DNA of 64,000 nucleotides from Gammaproteobacteria bacterium (GTDB lineage Bacteria; Pseudomonadota; Gammaproteobacteria; UBA4575). Each line of letters begins with the position of its first letter. Within the stretch, counting starts at the first letter, position 1. The stretch is from NCBI GenBank assembly GCA_965221955.1, contig CBDCTA010000003.1, forward strand, positions 1-64,000, in the 5' to 3' direction. The notes below the pieces were generated by a model. It was not told the DNA's origin. It saw only the letters and a list, made by a program, of their open reading frames with translations, and made no database searches. Shown here one piece after another: positions 11,091 to 21,862 of the stretch. The translations under genes were made by a program, and so were the position numbers.

Positions 11091-12095
11091 ATGGCTATAA
11101 AAATTGCAATTAATGGTTATGGGCGTATTGGTAGGAATATTATGCGTGCAATTTATGAATCAGGTCGTAACGATGAAATTCAAGTGGTTGCAATTAATGA
11201 TCTGGGTGATGCAAATACAAATGCGCATTTAACACAATATGATACTGCGCATGGAAAATTTAATGGGACAGTAGTAGTTGATGGAGATCATATTGTAATT
11301 AATGGTGATCGTATTCGAGTCTGTTCAGAACGCGACCCAAGTAAACTTCCTTGGGGCGAGTTAGGAGTGGATGTTGTTCATGAGAGTACTGGATTTTTTG
11401 CCAGCAAAGAGAAAGCCTCTGCGCATTTAACAGCTGGCGCAAAAAAAGTAATCATATCTGCTCCTGGCGGCAATGATGTAGATGCTACAGTTGTATATGG
11501 TGTGAATCATGATGTACTTAAAGCAAGTGACACTGTAATTTCAAATGCGTCATGTACTACGAACTGTCTTGCACCATTAGTGAAACCATTGCATGAAAAA
11601 ATTGGTGTAGAAAACGGCGTAATGACTACCATTCACGCTTATACCAATGACCAGGTTCTGACAGATGTATACCATAGTGATTTACGTCGAGCGCGTTCAG
11701 CAACCATGTCTATGATTCCAACAAAAACGGGAGCAGCTGCAGCAGTAGGTTTAGTGTTACCAGAATTGAATGGAAAGTTAGATGGCTTCTCAATTCGGGT
11801 TCCAACCATTAATGTTTCCGTTGTGGATTTAACATTCTTAGCATCCCGTGATACTACAGTGGAAGAAGTTAACTCAGTGATGAAATCTGCTGCTGACGGG
11901 CATGTTCTTGATTATGTAGATGCGCCTTTAGTATCGATCGATTTTAATCATGACCCACATTCATCAAACTTTGATGCTTCACTCACTAAAGTGATGGGTA
12001 CTCGTACTGTGAAAGTTTGTTCTTGGTACGATAATGAATGGGGTTTTTCTAATAGAATGTTAGACACCACTATCGCATTGATGAATGCTAAGTAA
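11091..12095 (+). CDS. gap: Type I glyceraldehyde-3-phosphate dehydrogenase
   Basis: [29 protein letters not shown]. Confidence 0.98.
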   Translation: MAIKIAINGYGRIGRNIMRAIYESGRNDEIQVVAINDLGDANTNAHLTQYDTAHGKFNGTVVVDGDHIVINGDRIRVCSERDPSKLPWGELGVDVVHESTGFFASKEKASAHLTAGAKKVIISAPGGNDVDATVVYGVNHDVLKASDTVISNASCTTNCLAPLVKPLHEKIGVENGVMTTIHAYTNDQVLTDVYHSDLRRARSATMSMIPTKTGAAAAVGLVLPELNGKLDGFSIRVPTINVSVVDLTFLASRDTTVEEVNSVMKSAADGHVLDYVDAPLVSIDFNHDPHSSNFDASLTKVMGTRTVKVCSWYDNEWGFSNRMLDTTIALMNAK

Positions 12096-12145
12096 TCATT
12101 CAACGAGCTTAGTAATAAAAAATCATAAGAGAAAATAAGTCAGCC

Positions 12146-13327
12146 ATGAATATCTTATCCATGGCTGATCTTGATCTTGCGAATCAGCGAGTATTGATTC
12201 GCGAAGACTTAAATGTGCCCGTTAAAGATGGATGTGTTACCAGTGCGAAACGCATACAAGCAGCATTACCGACTATTCAGCATGCCCTAGATAAAGGCGC
12301 AAAAGTCATCTTGCTTTCACACCGTGGTCGTCCCGCCGAAGGAAAATTTGACCAAGAGCAGTCATTGCAACCAATTGCGGATTACTTAGTTAGTGAATGT
12401 AATCTTAAAGTGCGGTTGGAAAAAGATTGGCTATCCGGGGTTGAGCTTAATGCTGGTGAAATAGTCTTGTGTGAAAATGTACGTTTTCAGGTGGGAGAAA
12501 AAAGCAATGACGATGAGCTTGCAAAAAAAATGGCAAGCCTTTGTGATGTTTATGTGATGGATGCATTTGGCACTGCTCACCGTGCACAGGCTTCTACTCA
12601 TGGTGTAGCTAAATTTGCCCCGATAGCTTGTGCGGGCCCACTGTTAAAGAAAGAGTTAGATTCGTTGGAACAAGCTCTTTCGAACCCCAAGCGTCCCATG
12701 GTGGCAATTGTTGGGGGTTCAAAAGTTTCAACTAAATTGACTGTGCTGGAGACCCTGTTAGATAAAGTAGATCAACTTATTGTTGGTGGCGGTATAGTGA
12801 ATACCTTTTTAGCGGCAACAGGAAAAACCGTGGGTAAATCACTTTATGAAGCAGATTTAGTCGATACTGCAAAATCACTGATGGCAAATGCGCAGGAAAA
12901 AAATACTCAAATTCCGTTACCAACTGATGTGGTATGTGCCAAAGAGTTTTCTGAAACAGCTGAAGCAGTCGTGAAGTCAGTAGATGATGTAATTGCTGAC
13001 GATTTAATTTTAGATATCGGTCCGAAATCAGCTGAACAACTCGCTACTTTAATGCAGGATGCGGGTACAATTGTATGGAATGGGCCAGTAGGTGTATTTG
13101 AGTTTGATGCTTTTGCAAATGGTACAAAAGTGATGGCAAAAGCCATTGCAGATAGCGCTGCATTTTCTATTGCGGGTGGAGGTGACACCCTTGCTGCGGT
13201 AGATAAATTTGGTCTTGAAGAAAAAATATCTTACATCTCTACAGGTGGTGGCGCCTTTCTTGAATATTTGGAAGGAAGAGCTTTGCCTGCTGTTGAAATA
13301 CTAAAAGAGCGAGCAAATAGTCAATGA
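12146..13327 (+). CDS. pgk: Phosphoglycerate kinase
   Basis: [34 protein letters not shown]. Confidence 0.98.
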   Translation: MNILSMADLDLANQRVLIREDLNVPVKDGCVTSAKRIQAALPTIQHALDKGAKVILLSHRGRPAEGKFDQEQSLQPIADYLVSECNLKVRLEKDWLSGVELNAGEIVLCENVRFQVGEKSNDDELAKKMASLCDVYVMDAFGTAHRAQASTHGVAKFAPIACAGPLLKKELDSLEQALSNPKRPMVAIVGGSKVSTKLTVLETLLDKVDQLIVGGGIVNTFLAATGKTVGKSLYEADLVDTAKSLMANAQEKNTQIPLPTDVVCAKEFSETAEAVVKSVDDVIADDLILDIGPKSAEQLATLMQDAGTIVWNGPVGVFEFDAFANGTKVMAKAIADSAAFSIAGGGDTLAAVDKFGLEEKISYISTGGGAFLEYLEGRALPAVEILKERANSQ

Positions 13328-13337
13328 GTCTAACCTT

Positions 13338-14822
13338 ATGAGTCTTGTAACCGAAATTCGTCAGCGTAAAACCATATTGCGACATACTAAGATTATCGCA
13401 ACCTTGGGGCCTGCTACGGATAGTGAACAAGTGATGAGTCGTTTAATGGATGCAGGCGTTGACTTAGTTCGTTTGAACTTTTCACATGGCACACACGAAG
13501 AACACGCATGGCGAATTAAAACTTTACGTAAGCTTAGTAAAGAAAAAAGCTATGAAGTAGGTGTGCTGGGTGATTTACAAGGTGCCAAAATCAGAATTGG
13601 TATCTTTAAAGATAAGAAAATTAATTTAAATGTTGGCGAATCTTTCTGTATCGATACAGAATTGGCGTTAGGTGAAGGTAATCAAGAAAAAGTAGGAACT
13701 ACCTATAAAGGCTTAGCTGGAGATGTTGGTCCAGAGGATATCTTGCTCATTGATGACGGACGCATTGTTTTAAAAGTAGATAATGTTGATGGAGGCAAGA
13801 TAAATTGTATTGTTGAAATGGGTGGGGAGCTCAGCAGCAACAAAGGGATCAACCGTAAAGGCGGAGGTTTATCTGCCCCTGCACTTACCGACAAAGATCG
13901 TGAAGATATTCAACATGCTGTTAATTTTGACGTTGATTATATTGCTATTTCATTTCCACGTGATGCAGAAGATATAAAACTAGCCAAACAAATTTTTAAT
14001 GATGCGGGCGGTAAGGCTGGCATCATTGCAAAAATTGAACGTGTAGAGGCATTAGAATCCATCGATGAAATTTTAGATGTTTGTGATGCGATCATGATAG
14101 GTCGAGGGGACTTAGGTGTTGAAATTGGCGATGCAGAAGTACCAGGCGTGCAAAAGTCATTAATTGACATGGCACACGAAAAAAATCGTATCGCGATTAC
14201 GGCAACTCAAATGATGGAGTCCATGACTTATAGTCCCATTCCAACTCGTGCAGAAGTGTCTGATGTTGCCAATGCGGTTTTAGATGGAACCGATGCAGTG
14301 ATGTTGTCAGGTGAAACTGCGGTGGGAAGTTATCCTGTTAAAGCGGTGCAAGCGATGAATCGGACCTGTTTAGCTTCTGAAAGACGCGCACTAAAAAAGA
14401 TGTTGGGTCAGCGTGAGCGCGCGGAGACTGTTTTTGGTCGCGTGGACGAAGCAATTGCGATGTCGGCGATGTATACCGCCAACCATTTAGATGTAGCTGC
14501 AATCGCAGCGTTAACTGAATCAGGTTCTACTGCACTATGGATGTCGCGTGTGAATTCCGCTATTCCTATATATGCATTGTCACGAGTAGAAAAAACCTTA
14601 CGTAGAGTAACGCTATATAAAGGTGTATATCCTGCAAGGATAGAACTAATCGGGCGCACTCATCCGGAAGTGAATAAAGAAACTATTGATGTGCTACTCG
14701 CTTGTAGCGTGGTGCAGGAAAATGATCTAGTCATTATTACTAAGGGTGATCTTGTGGGCGTGGATGGAGGGACCAATGCCTTAAAAATTGTTCGAGTTGG
14801 TCACTTAATTGATCCTCAATAA
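13338..14822 (+). CDS. pyk: Pyruvate kinase (PykA type)
   Basis: TKIIATLGPA, RLNFSHG, AKIER, RGDLGVE, DAVMLSGETA. Confidence 0.97.
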   Translation: MSLVTEIRQRKTILRHTKIIATLGPATDSEQVMSRLMDAGVDLVRLNFSHGTHEEHAWRIKTLRKLSKEKSYEVGVLGDLQGAKIRIGIFKDKKINLNVGESFCIDTELALGEGNQEKVGTTYKGLAGDVGPEDILLIDDGRIVLKVDNVDGGKINCIVEMGGELSSNKGINRKGGGLSAPALTDKDREDIQHAVNFDVDYIAISFPRDAEDIKLAKQIFNDAGGKAGIIAKIERVEALESIDEILDVCDAIMIGRGDLGVEIGDAEVPGVQKSLIDMAHEKNRIAITATQMMESMTYSPIPTRAEVSDVANAVLDGTDAVMLSGETAVGSYPVKAVQAMNRTCLASERRALKKMLGQRERAETVFGRVDEAIAMSAMYTANHLDVAAIAALTESGSTALWMSRVNSAIPIYALSRVEKTLRRVTLYKGVYPARIELIGRTHPEVNKETIDVLLACSVVQENDLVIITKGDLVGVDGGTNALKIVRVGHLIDPQ

Positions 14823-14892
14823 TAGTTAAAATAGCCTTAATTAAATTTCATAATTTTGATAATAGAAAATAGGCCTTATCAGGAGAATAAGT

Positions 14893-15918
14893 ATGAATGT
14901 TCAAGAATTAAATAAAATAGCCAGTGCAATGGTAGCACCTGGACGTGGAATTTTAGCCATGGACGAAAGTCATCCTACCTGTAACAAACGCTTTGAAAGT
15001 CTTGGGATAGCGACGACTGAAGAAATGCGCCAAGCCTACCGTGATATGTTAGTAACCGCACCAGGTTTGTCAGATTATATTGGTGGTGCCATTTTATTTG
15101 ATGAAACCATTCGCCAAAAAACATTGGATGGAACACCGTTTGCAGAATATTTAAGTAAGAACGGGATTATTCCAGGTATTAAAGTTGATGCTGGTGCAAA
15201 AGTTTTAGCGGGGCATGAAACGGAAAAAGTTACCGAAGGCTTAGATGGCTTACGTGAACGTTTTGCGGAGTACTATGAACTAGGCGCACGATTTTCAAAA
15301 TGGCGTGCAGTCATCACTATCGGTGACAACATTCCAAGCTGGGCATGTATAGAAGCTAATGCACATGCGCTAGCACGTTATGCCATGTTAAGCCAAGAGG
15401 CAGGCATCGTGCCTATAGTAGAACCAGAAGTACTAATGAATGGTGATCATAGTATTGAACGTTGCTATGAAGTTACCGAACTCGCGCAAAGAATTACCTT
15501 CCAGCATCTTAAAAATCAAGGTGTTGCTCTAGAAGGAATGATTTTAAAACCATCAATGGTAATTTCTGGAGACACAAATAGTAACCGGGCCGATGTGCAA
15601 ATGGTTGCTGAACAAACCATTAAATGTTTACTTGCCTCAGTACCTGCTGCAGTACCAGGCATTGCATTTTTATCTGGTGGTCAGTCTGATGAAGAAGCCA
15701 GTGCACATTTAAATGCCATGAATGCTTTAGGTATTCAATTGCCTTGGGCGCTTACCTTCTCTTATGGTCGCGCTCTTCAGCAAACAGCTATGAAAACATG
15801 GAATGGTAAAACTGAAAATGTTGAAGCAGCACAAAATGCATTGTTATGGCGTGCTAAATGTAATGGTTCTGCAGCGCTCGGTAAGTATTCTGATGCGATG
15901 GAAAAACAAGCCGCATAA
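14893..15918 (+). CDS. fba: Fructose-bisphosphate aldolase class I
   Basis: GILAMDES, PGIKVD, KWRAV, VPIVEPEV, LKPSMV, FSYGRALQ. Confidence 0.97.
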   Translation: MNVQELNKIASAMVAPGRGILAMDESHPTCNKRFESLGIATTEEMRQAYRDMLVTAPGLSDYIGGAILFDETIRQKTLDGTPFAEYLSKNGIIPGIKVDAGAKVLAGHETEKVTEGLDGLRERFAEYYELGARFSKWRAVITIGDNIPSWACIEANAHALARYAMLSQEAGIVPIVEPEVLMNGDHSIERCYEVTELAQRITFQHLKNQGVALEGMILKPSMVISGDTNSNRADVQMVAEQTIKCLLASVPAAVPGIAFLSGGQSDEEASAHLNAMNALGIQLPWALTFSYGRALQQTAMKTWNGKTENVEAAQNALLWRAKCNGSAALGKYSDAMEKQAA

Positions 15919-15932
15919 ATCTTATTGTTTTA

Positions 15933-15977
15933 AACATGTAGGGAAGGGTTTCTTCCCTACATGTTAATTTTTCTTTT
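15933..15977 (+). terminator. Intrinsic terminator of the tkt-fba operon
   Basis: Perfect 14-bp stem AACATGTAGGGAAG-ggttt-CTTCCCTACATGTT followed by T-rich tail. Confidence 0.85.
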
Positions 15978-16028
15978 CCCGCCCTAAAAGTCTGTAACGC
16001 ATAAATACCATACAATTCTACCCGCATA

Positions 16029-16045
16029 CGCACTTTAATAGTGCA
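16029..16045 (+). promoter_or_regulatory. Putative NtrC binding site upstream of glnK-amtB
   Basis: CGCACTTTAATAGTGCA resembles the NtrC consensus TGCACCA-N3-TGGTGCA; further TAGTGC half-sites near 16092 and 16119. Confidence 0.55.
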
Positions 16046-16187
16046 TATGCATGGTAATGGCCGCATAGCGTTGGTCTTTAAATTTCTACTATAGTGCAAT
16101 CGCATTGCAAATTATTTATAGTGCTCAACTGAATATGGGCTTGCCAAGCAGCCTAATAATAAGAATTAAAATCAGTTTAAATTGTAA

Positions 16188-16550
<363 letters not shown>

Positions 16551-16583
16551 CAATAAGAACAAAGAAATAGGAAGGTAAAAATT

Positions 16584-17882
16584 ATGTATCTGTTAAAAAA
16601 TAAGTTATGGCCGCTTAGCTTATTAATTTTTATTCTACCGAATATAGTTTTAGCAGAAGGAATAGTTGACAGTGGTGACACCTCATGGCTATTAACGTCT
16701 ACTGCACTAGTGCTTTTTATGACTATTCCTGGATTGTCGCTTTTTTATGCGGGTTTGGTACGCAGTAAGAATGTTCTTTCTGTACTGATGCAGTGTTTTG
16801 CGATTACCTGTATGGCTTCATTAGTATGGTTAGTGTTTGGTTATAGCTTAGCGTTTGGGAATGGTGGAGGATTAAACGATTGGATTGGGGGTTTATCTAA
16901 TATCTTTTTATCCGAAGTGATGCGTGAGTCTTTAAATGGAACCATACCTGAAACCGTTTTTGTTATGTTTCAAATGACCTTTGCAATTATTACACCTGCA
17001 TTAGTTGTGGGTGGTTTTGCAGAGCGTATGAAATTTTCATCTATGATGTGGTTTTCATTGTTATGGCTAGTAGTTGTTTATCTTCCAGTTTGCCATTGGG
17101 TCTGGGGCGGTGGCTGGTTAGGTGAAAAAGGTGTACTGGATTTTGCAGGTGGCTTAGTGGTTCACATTACTGCGGGTGTGGGTGCTATTGTTGCGGCCAT
17201 GGTTTTAGGCAATCGAAAAGGTTTTCCACGTACTGCAATGCCACCTCATAATTTAACTATGTCTGTTACAGGTGCAGGAATGTTGTGGGTAGGTTGGTTT
17301 GGATTTAATGCGGGTAGTGCGGTTGCTGCAAATGGCGATGCCGGAATGGCAATGCTCGTTACACATATTAGTGCTGCAACAGGATCGTTAGTTTGGATGT
17401 TTGCGGAATGGGTGAAATACGGTAAACCCAGTGTGCTAGGTATAGTTACAGGTATGGTTGCAGGTCTTGGAACCATCACGCCTGCATCAGGTTATGTCGG
17501 TCCTATGGGCGCATTAATCATAGGCGCTTCTGCAGGTCTTGTTTGTTTTATTGCAACCAACTTTATTAAGCGTGCATTGAAAATTGATGACTCATTAGAT
17601 GTTTTTCCTGTTCATGGTGTAGGTGGTATTTTAGGCACCATCTTGGCCGGTATATTTGTTGCAGAACAATTTGGCGGAGCGGGATTTGCCGAAGGGATGA
17701 CTATGGGCTCTCAAGTAGGTGTACAGGTTGTAGGTGTTGTTTCTGTTTTAGTTTGGACAGCCGTTGCGACTTTTGTCATTTTACAGATTGTTAAATTAGT
17801 TGTTGGTCTGCGTGTAGATGACCAACAAGAAACACAAGGTTTAGACATCACCCAGCATGAAGAGACGGGTTATAACATGTAA
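16584..17882 (+). CDS. amtB: Ammonium transporter
   Basis: FQMTFAIIT, DFAGGLVVH, GWFGFNAGS, DDSLDVFPVHG. Confidence 0.97.
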   Translation: MYLLKNKLWPLSLLIFILPNIVLAEGIVDSGDTSWLLTSTALVLFMTIPGLSLFYAGLVRSKNVLSVLMQCFAITCMASLVWLVFGYSLAFGNGGGLNDWIGGLSNIFLSEVMRESLNGTIPETVFVMFQMTFAIITPALVVGGFAERMKFSSMMWFSLLWLVVVYLPVCHWVWGGGWLGEKGVLDFAGGLVVHITAGVGAIVAAMVLGNRKGFPRTAMPPHNLTMSVTGAGMLWVGWFGFNAGSAVAANGDAGMAMLVTHISAATGSLVWMFAEWVKYGKPSVLGIVTGMVAGLGTITPASGYVGPMGALIIGASAGLVCFIATNFIKRALKIDDSLDVFPVHGVGGILGTILAGIFVAEQFGGAGFAEGMTMGSQVGVQVVGVVSVLVWTAVATFVILQIVKLVVGLRVDDQQETQGLDITQHEETGYNM

Positions 17883-17894
17883 GCTAATGGACGA

Positions 17895-18118
17895 TGTGCA
17901 GGGATGCACAAGTGTCGTGTGAGACAGGATGTCGGGAGCGACCGCGCGAATAAGAGTAACAACAGGGATGTTGTTATAGTATAAAGTCAGATTGACATAA
18001 ATGTATCGCAGGTTGGAAATTTCAAATCATATATTTAAAATGTCCGCTACGACCGCCATGGATGGTGGAAGTTCAGAATATGCAGGAGCAATTTTCTGTC
18101 GACCCAAAGCGGAAATTT
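17895..18118 (+). repeat. Cluster of A(N)GGA-loop hairpin elements plus an interrupted ~32-bp palindrome (CsrA-site-like composite repeat or possible sRNA)
   Basis: Hairpins TGTGCA-GGGA-TGCACA (17895), GACA-GGA-TGTC (17923), TAACAACA-GGGA-TGTTGTTA (17957), CCGCCA-TGGA-TGGTGG (18053), TGC-AGGA-GCA (18081); collinear with 28463-28659. Confidence 0.75.
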
Positions 18119-18806
18119 ATCTCGCTAAGTTAAAAACATGTTTTATGATTGGTGAATTATTTTTTAAGGCTTCATCTTTAGATGCTATAAAAATAGGCTC
18201 ATTCACTAAGCTTTCTAAGTCCTCTTTATTATTCATTGCCTCATCATGACTTAGATTTTTTCCGTTTAACACAATGGCAGTCAGTTTTAATTTACGGTTT
18301 TGTATGGCTTCTACGGTCAATAAAATATGATTTATACAGCCAAGTTGATCATTTGCGACAAGTAATACTGGAAGCTCTAGTGATTCCGCGAGATCGGCAT
18401 TGAGTCCGCCTTCACATAATGGAGAGTAAAAACCTCCAGCACCTTCCGCAATTAAAAAGTTATTTTCATTTATTTTGTTTAAACATGCTTGTTTGGTTTG
18501 TTGCACACTGATGGGTTGGTTAACTAAACGTGCTGCGCGTTGTGGTGATATAGGAGGCTCAAAACGATACGGACATATTTCTGATAAGGGATGTTTGTTT
18601 TTTATCGCTTCATAATATTGTGTTGCATCACTGGGGTGTAATATTCCATCTATAAGCTCGCAGCCAGATTCGATTGGCTTACGTGGCACTACATCAACAC
18701 CTCTTTTATATAGTTGAGCAACAATTTGAGCACCTATGTAGGTTTTACCGACATCTGTATCGGTGCCGGTTATGAACAAGCCTTTATATGTTGATTGAGA
18801 ATTCAT
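18117..18806 (-). CDS. bioD: Dethiobiotin synthase
   Basis: FITGTDTDVGKT, KPIESG, EGAGG, LGCINH. Confidence 0.96.
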   Translation of the reverse strand: MNSQSTYKGLFITGTDTDVGKTYIGAQIVAQLYKRGVDVVPRKPIESGCELIDGILHPSDATQYYEAIKNKHPLSEICPYRFEPPISPQRAARLVNQPISVQQTKQACLNKINENNFLIAEGAGGFYSPLCEGGLNADLAESLELPVLLVANDQLGCINHILLTVEAIQNRKLKLTAIVLNGKNLSHDEAMNNKEDLESLVNEPIFIASKDEALKNNSPIIKHVFNLAR

Positions 18807-18833
18807 CTATTAAAACAGTTAGTTATAAATTAG

Positions 18834-18878
18834 TTGACAAACATACCGTCTGGTATGTATAACATACCGATCGGTATG
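18834..18878 (+). promoter_or_regulatory. Sigma70 promoter overlapped by two TetR-type operators
   Basis: TTGACA (18834) -18 bp- TATAAC (18858); palindromes ACATACC-gtct-GGTATGT (18841-18858) and perfect CATACCGATCGGTATG (18863-18878) directly upstream of the TetR gene. Confidence 0.85.
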
Positions 18879-18898
18879 GTATAAGTGATAAAAAAGCC

Positions 18899-19513
18899 AT
18901 GTCTTCTACAGCTAAGAATACAGAACAAGAACTCGCTACACGACAAGTAATTTTAGAAGCGGCCTATGAAGAGATTCATGCGCGTGGTTTTCAAGGTGCA
19001 AGTTTGTCTAAAATTTTATCTTCTACCAGTGTGACGAAAGGCGCTTTGTATCATTACTTTCCAACAAAGCTCGCTTTGGGTTATGCCGTTGTTGATGAAA
19101 TACTAGCGGATCATATTCAACAGCAATGGGTACAGCCTTTGTTGCAAGCAGATGATCCAATTACTGCTTTTGAAAATATCATCATGCAAACGGGTGGGGA
19201 AATTACAGAAGAAGATATTCAATGTGGTTGCCCGTTAAATAATCTAGCACAAGAAATGGCGCCAATAGATGAAGGTTTTCGATCTCGTGTTGAAGCGGTA
19301 TATCGATCATGGCGAAAAGGAATTGAAAAAGCATTTTTGAATGGTCAAGAAAACGGATTCGTTAGAAAAGATCTTAATGTTGTAAGTGTTGCAACGATGA
19401 TTGTTGCAAGTTTAGAAGGGTGTATGGGGTTAGCAAAGAATGCGCAAAGTAAAAAGATGCTTTATCAGTGTGGGCAAAGCATTATCGACTATTTAGAAAG
19501 TTTGCGAGCATAA
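18899..19513 (+). CDS. TetR/AcrR family transcriptional regulator
   Basis: N-terminal HTH (ILEAA..RGFQGASL..VTKGALYHYFPTK), GCPLNNLAQE C-terminal motif. Confidence 0.93.
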   Translation: MSSTAKNTEQELATRQVILEAAYEEIHARGFQGASLSKILSSTSVTKGALYHYFPTKLALGYAVVDEILADHIQQQWVQPLLQADDPITAFENIIMQTGGEITEEDIQCGCPLNNLAQEMAPIDEGFRSRVEAVYRSWRKGIEKAFLNGQENGFVRKDLNVVSVATMIVASLEGCMGLAKNAQSKKMLYQCGQSIIDYLESLRA

Positions 19514-19522
19514 GGGACAGAC

Positions 19523-21862
19523 ATGTTAAGTAAGTATTCAGAATTTATTCTACGCTGGCGATTTTTGGTTGTCATTGTAAGTTTGATTGGCGCATTTATT
19601 CTTGCATCCGGTGGAAAGAATTTAGTATTCACCAACGATTATCGTTATTTCTTTAGTGAAGATAACCCGCAATTACTTGAGTTTGAAGCTTTACAAGATA
19701 CCTATACTAAAAATGATAATGTCTTCATCATGTTGGAGCCAAAACAAGGTGATGTATTTAATCAAGAATTTTTACGTGCATTAAAGGAGCTCACTGAGCA
19801 ATCGTGGCAAGTTCCTCATTCTATACGCGTTGACTCAATTACTAATTTCCAACATACCTACGCTGAAGGGGATGATTTAATTGTTATCGACTTGGTTGAT
19901 GACACAGAGAGCCTTGATCTAGAGAGTTTAACTTATATTCGTGAAGTTGCATTAAACGAGCCATTGTTAGTGCGCCGCTTAGTGTCACCTTCTGCTGCAG
20001 CTGCAGCGGTAAACATCACCATTGAGCTACCAGGTAAGAACGAAATTACGGAAGGGCCTGAGGTGGTTAATTTCACTCGAGATATGGTGAAAGACTTTGA
20101 ACAAGCTCATCCGGAGATTGATGTGTACACCACTGGAATTGTAATTATGAACAATGCATTTCCAGAGGCCAGTATTAACGACATGAAAAATCTCATTCCG
20201 TTTGCGTTTGTAGCAATCATCATTGGCTTGTTTTTGTTTTTACGCAGTGTGACGGGGACTGTTTCAACACTCATAGTGATAATTCTTTCCATAATGATGG
20301 GTATGGGTACAGCTGGTTGGTTAGGGTTTAAATTAACACCACCTTCTGCTTCCGCGCCAACGATGATTTTGACATTAGCGGTTGCAGACTGTGTCCACTT
20401 CTTGACGACATTTTTAAATTCTATGCGTAGTGGGTTAGATAAATCTTCAGCAATTAAAGAATCATTGCGAGTCAATTTTTATCCAATCTTTTTAACTTCT
20501 TTAACCACTGTAATCGGTTTTCTAAGTTTAAATTTTAGTGATGTTCCGCCTTTTAGAGACTTAGGCAATATTACTGCGATGGGTGTGACATTTGCGTTTT
20601 TCCTATCCGTGTTCTTTCTGCCTGCACTCGTCTCTATCTTGCCAGTTAAAGTTAAACTAGGGACAGATAGAAAAACAAAACTTATGCAATATATTGCAAA
20701 TTTTGTAATTGTAAAACGCAAAACATTATTGTGGAGTATGGGTTTAATAATCATTGCATTTATCGCAGTCATACCACGTAATGAGATTAATGATCGGTTT
20801 GTTGAATACTTTGATGAGACGATTGAATTTCGTCGTCACACTGATTATGTAACTGAAAAAATTTCTGGCTTATATAGTATTCAGTTTTCTTTAGAGGCAA
20901 AAACCTCAGGTGGGATTAGCGAACCTGTTTTTTTGCAAAAAATGAACCGTTTTACGGAATGGTTGCGTGAACAACCTGAGGTAATGCATGTAAACACGAT
21001 TTCAGATACTTTTAAACGTTTGAATAAAAATATGCATAGTGATGATTTATCACAATATAAATTACCTAATAATCGCGAGTTAGCTGCACAGTATTTGCTC
21101 CTATATGAGTTGTCACTGCCTTATGGCTTAGATCTGAATGATCAAATTAATATCGATAAATCATCTACACGTATTTCTACAACTCTGGAAACACTTAGTA
21201 CAGAGCAAATGCTTGACTTTGAAAAAAGATCAAGAGAGTGGGTAGAAAAAAATGCACAAGAACTTACTATGATTGCTTCTAGTCCAGCAGTTATTTTTTC
21301 ACATCTTGCCGTGCGAAATATCGATAGCATGATCATTGGCACGTTAGTAGCATTAGCGATTATATCGATCATTTTAATTTTCGCATTGCGATCACTAAAA
21401 CTAGGGCTAGTTAGTTTGATCCCTAATCTAACACCTGTGGGAGTCGCTTTTGGGTTATGGGCAATTTTTGATAGTGAAGTTGGTTTGGCCTTGTCTATTG
21501 TTGCCGGTATGACGCTCGGCATTGTTGTCGATGATACCGTGCACTTTATGAGCAAGTACTTACGCGCCAAACGAGAGAAAAATAGCTCGGCAACTGAGGC
21601 TGTACGATATGCATTTGAAAATGTTGGCACAGCATTACTCGTTACTACTATTGTATTAGCAGCCGGATTCTTAGTTTTATCTATGTCTGCTTTCGAACTG
21701 AACTCAGCAATGGGTTTGTTAACTGCAATTACCATAATAATTGCACTAATCATTGATTTCTTATTTTTAGCACCATTGTTGATTGCATTAGAAGGTGGCG
21801 GTAATGAACAGGAGAACCGAGATGAACAAGAGTTGGAATCTGATTTGGCAACTGCTAGTTAG
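19523..21862 (+). CDS. MMPL/RND-superfamily transporter
   Basis: Two repeats of TM bundle plus periplasmic loop; LAVADCVH, LTSLTTVIGF, GIVVDDTVHF. Confidence 0.92.
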   Translation: MLSKYSEFILRWRFLVVIVSLIGAFILASGGKNLVFTNDYRYFFSEDNPQLLEFEALQDTYTKNDNVFIMLEPKQGDVFNQEFLRALKELTEQSWQVPHSIRVDSITNFQHTYAEGDDLIVIDLVDDTESLDLESLTYIREVALNEPLLVRRLVSPSAAAAAVNITIELPGKNEITEGPEVVNFTRDMVKDFEQAHPEIDVYTTGIVIMNNAFPEASINDMKNLIPFAFVAIIIGLFLFLRSVTGTVSTLIVIILSIMMGMGTAGWLGFKLTPPSASAPTMILTLAVADCVHFLTTFLNSMRSGLDKSSAIKESLRVNFYPIFLTSLTTVIGFLSLNFSDVPPFRDLGNITAMGVTFAFFLSVFFLPALVSILPVKVKLGTDRKTKLMQYIANFVIVKRKTLLWSMGLIIIAFIAVIPRNEINDRFVEYFDETIEFRRHTDYVTEKISGLYSIQFSLEAKTSGGISEPVFLQKMNRFTEWLREQPEVMHVNTISDTFKRLNKNMHSDDLSQYKLPNNRELAAQYLLLYELSLPYGLDLNDQINIDKSSTRISTTLETLSTEQMLDFEKRSREWVEKNAQELTMIASSPAVIFSHLAVRNIDSMIIGTLVALAIISIILIFALRSLKLGLVSLIPNLTPVGVAFGLWAIFDSEVGLALSIVAGMTLGIVVDDTVHFMSKYLRAKREKNSSATEAVRYAFENVGTALLVTTIVLAAGFLVLSMSAFELNSAMGLLTAITIIIALIIDFLFLAPLLIALEGGGNEQENRDEQELESDLATAS

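Noticed and set aside
17895-18118. CRISPR array interpretation of the hairpin cluster
   Set aside because: No identical regularly spaced repeats and no cas genes
18001-18249. 82-aa + strand ORF (..SATTAMDGGSSEYAGAIFC..)
   Set aside because: It is a translation of the GGA repeat element plus antisense bioD; no protein features
21142-21753. 203-aa antisense ORF and other short antisense ORFs inside long genes
   Set aside because: Shadow frames of well-supported genes with no recognisable motifs
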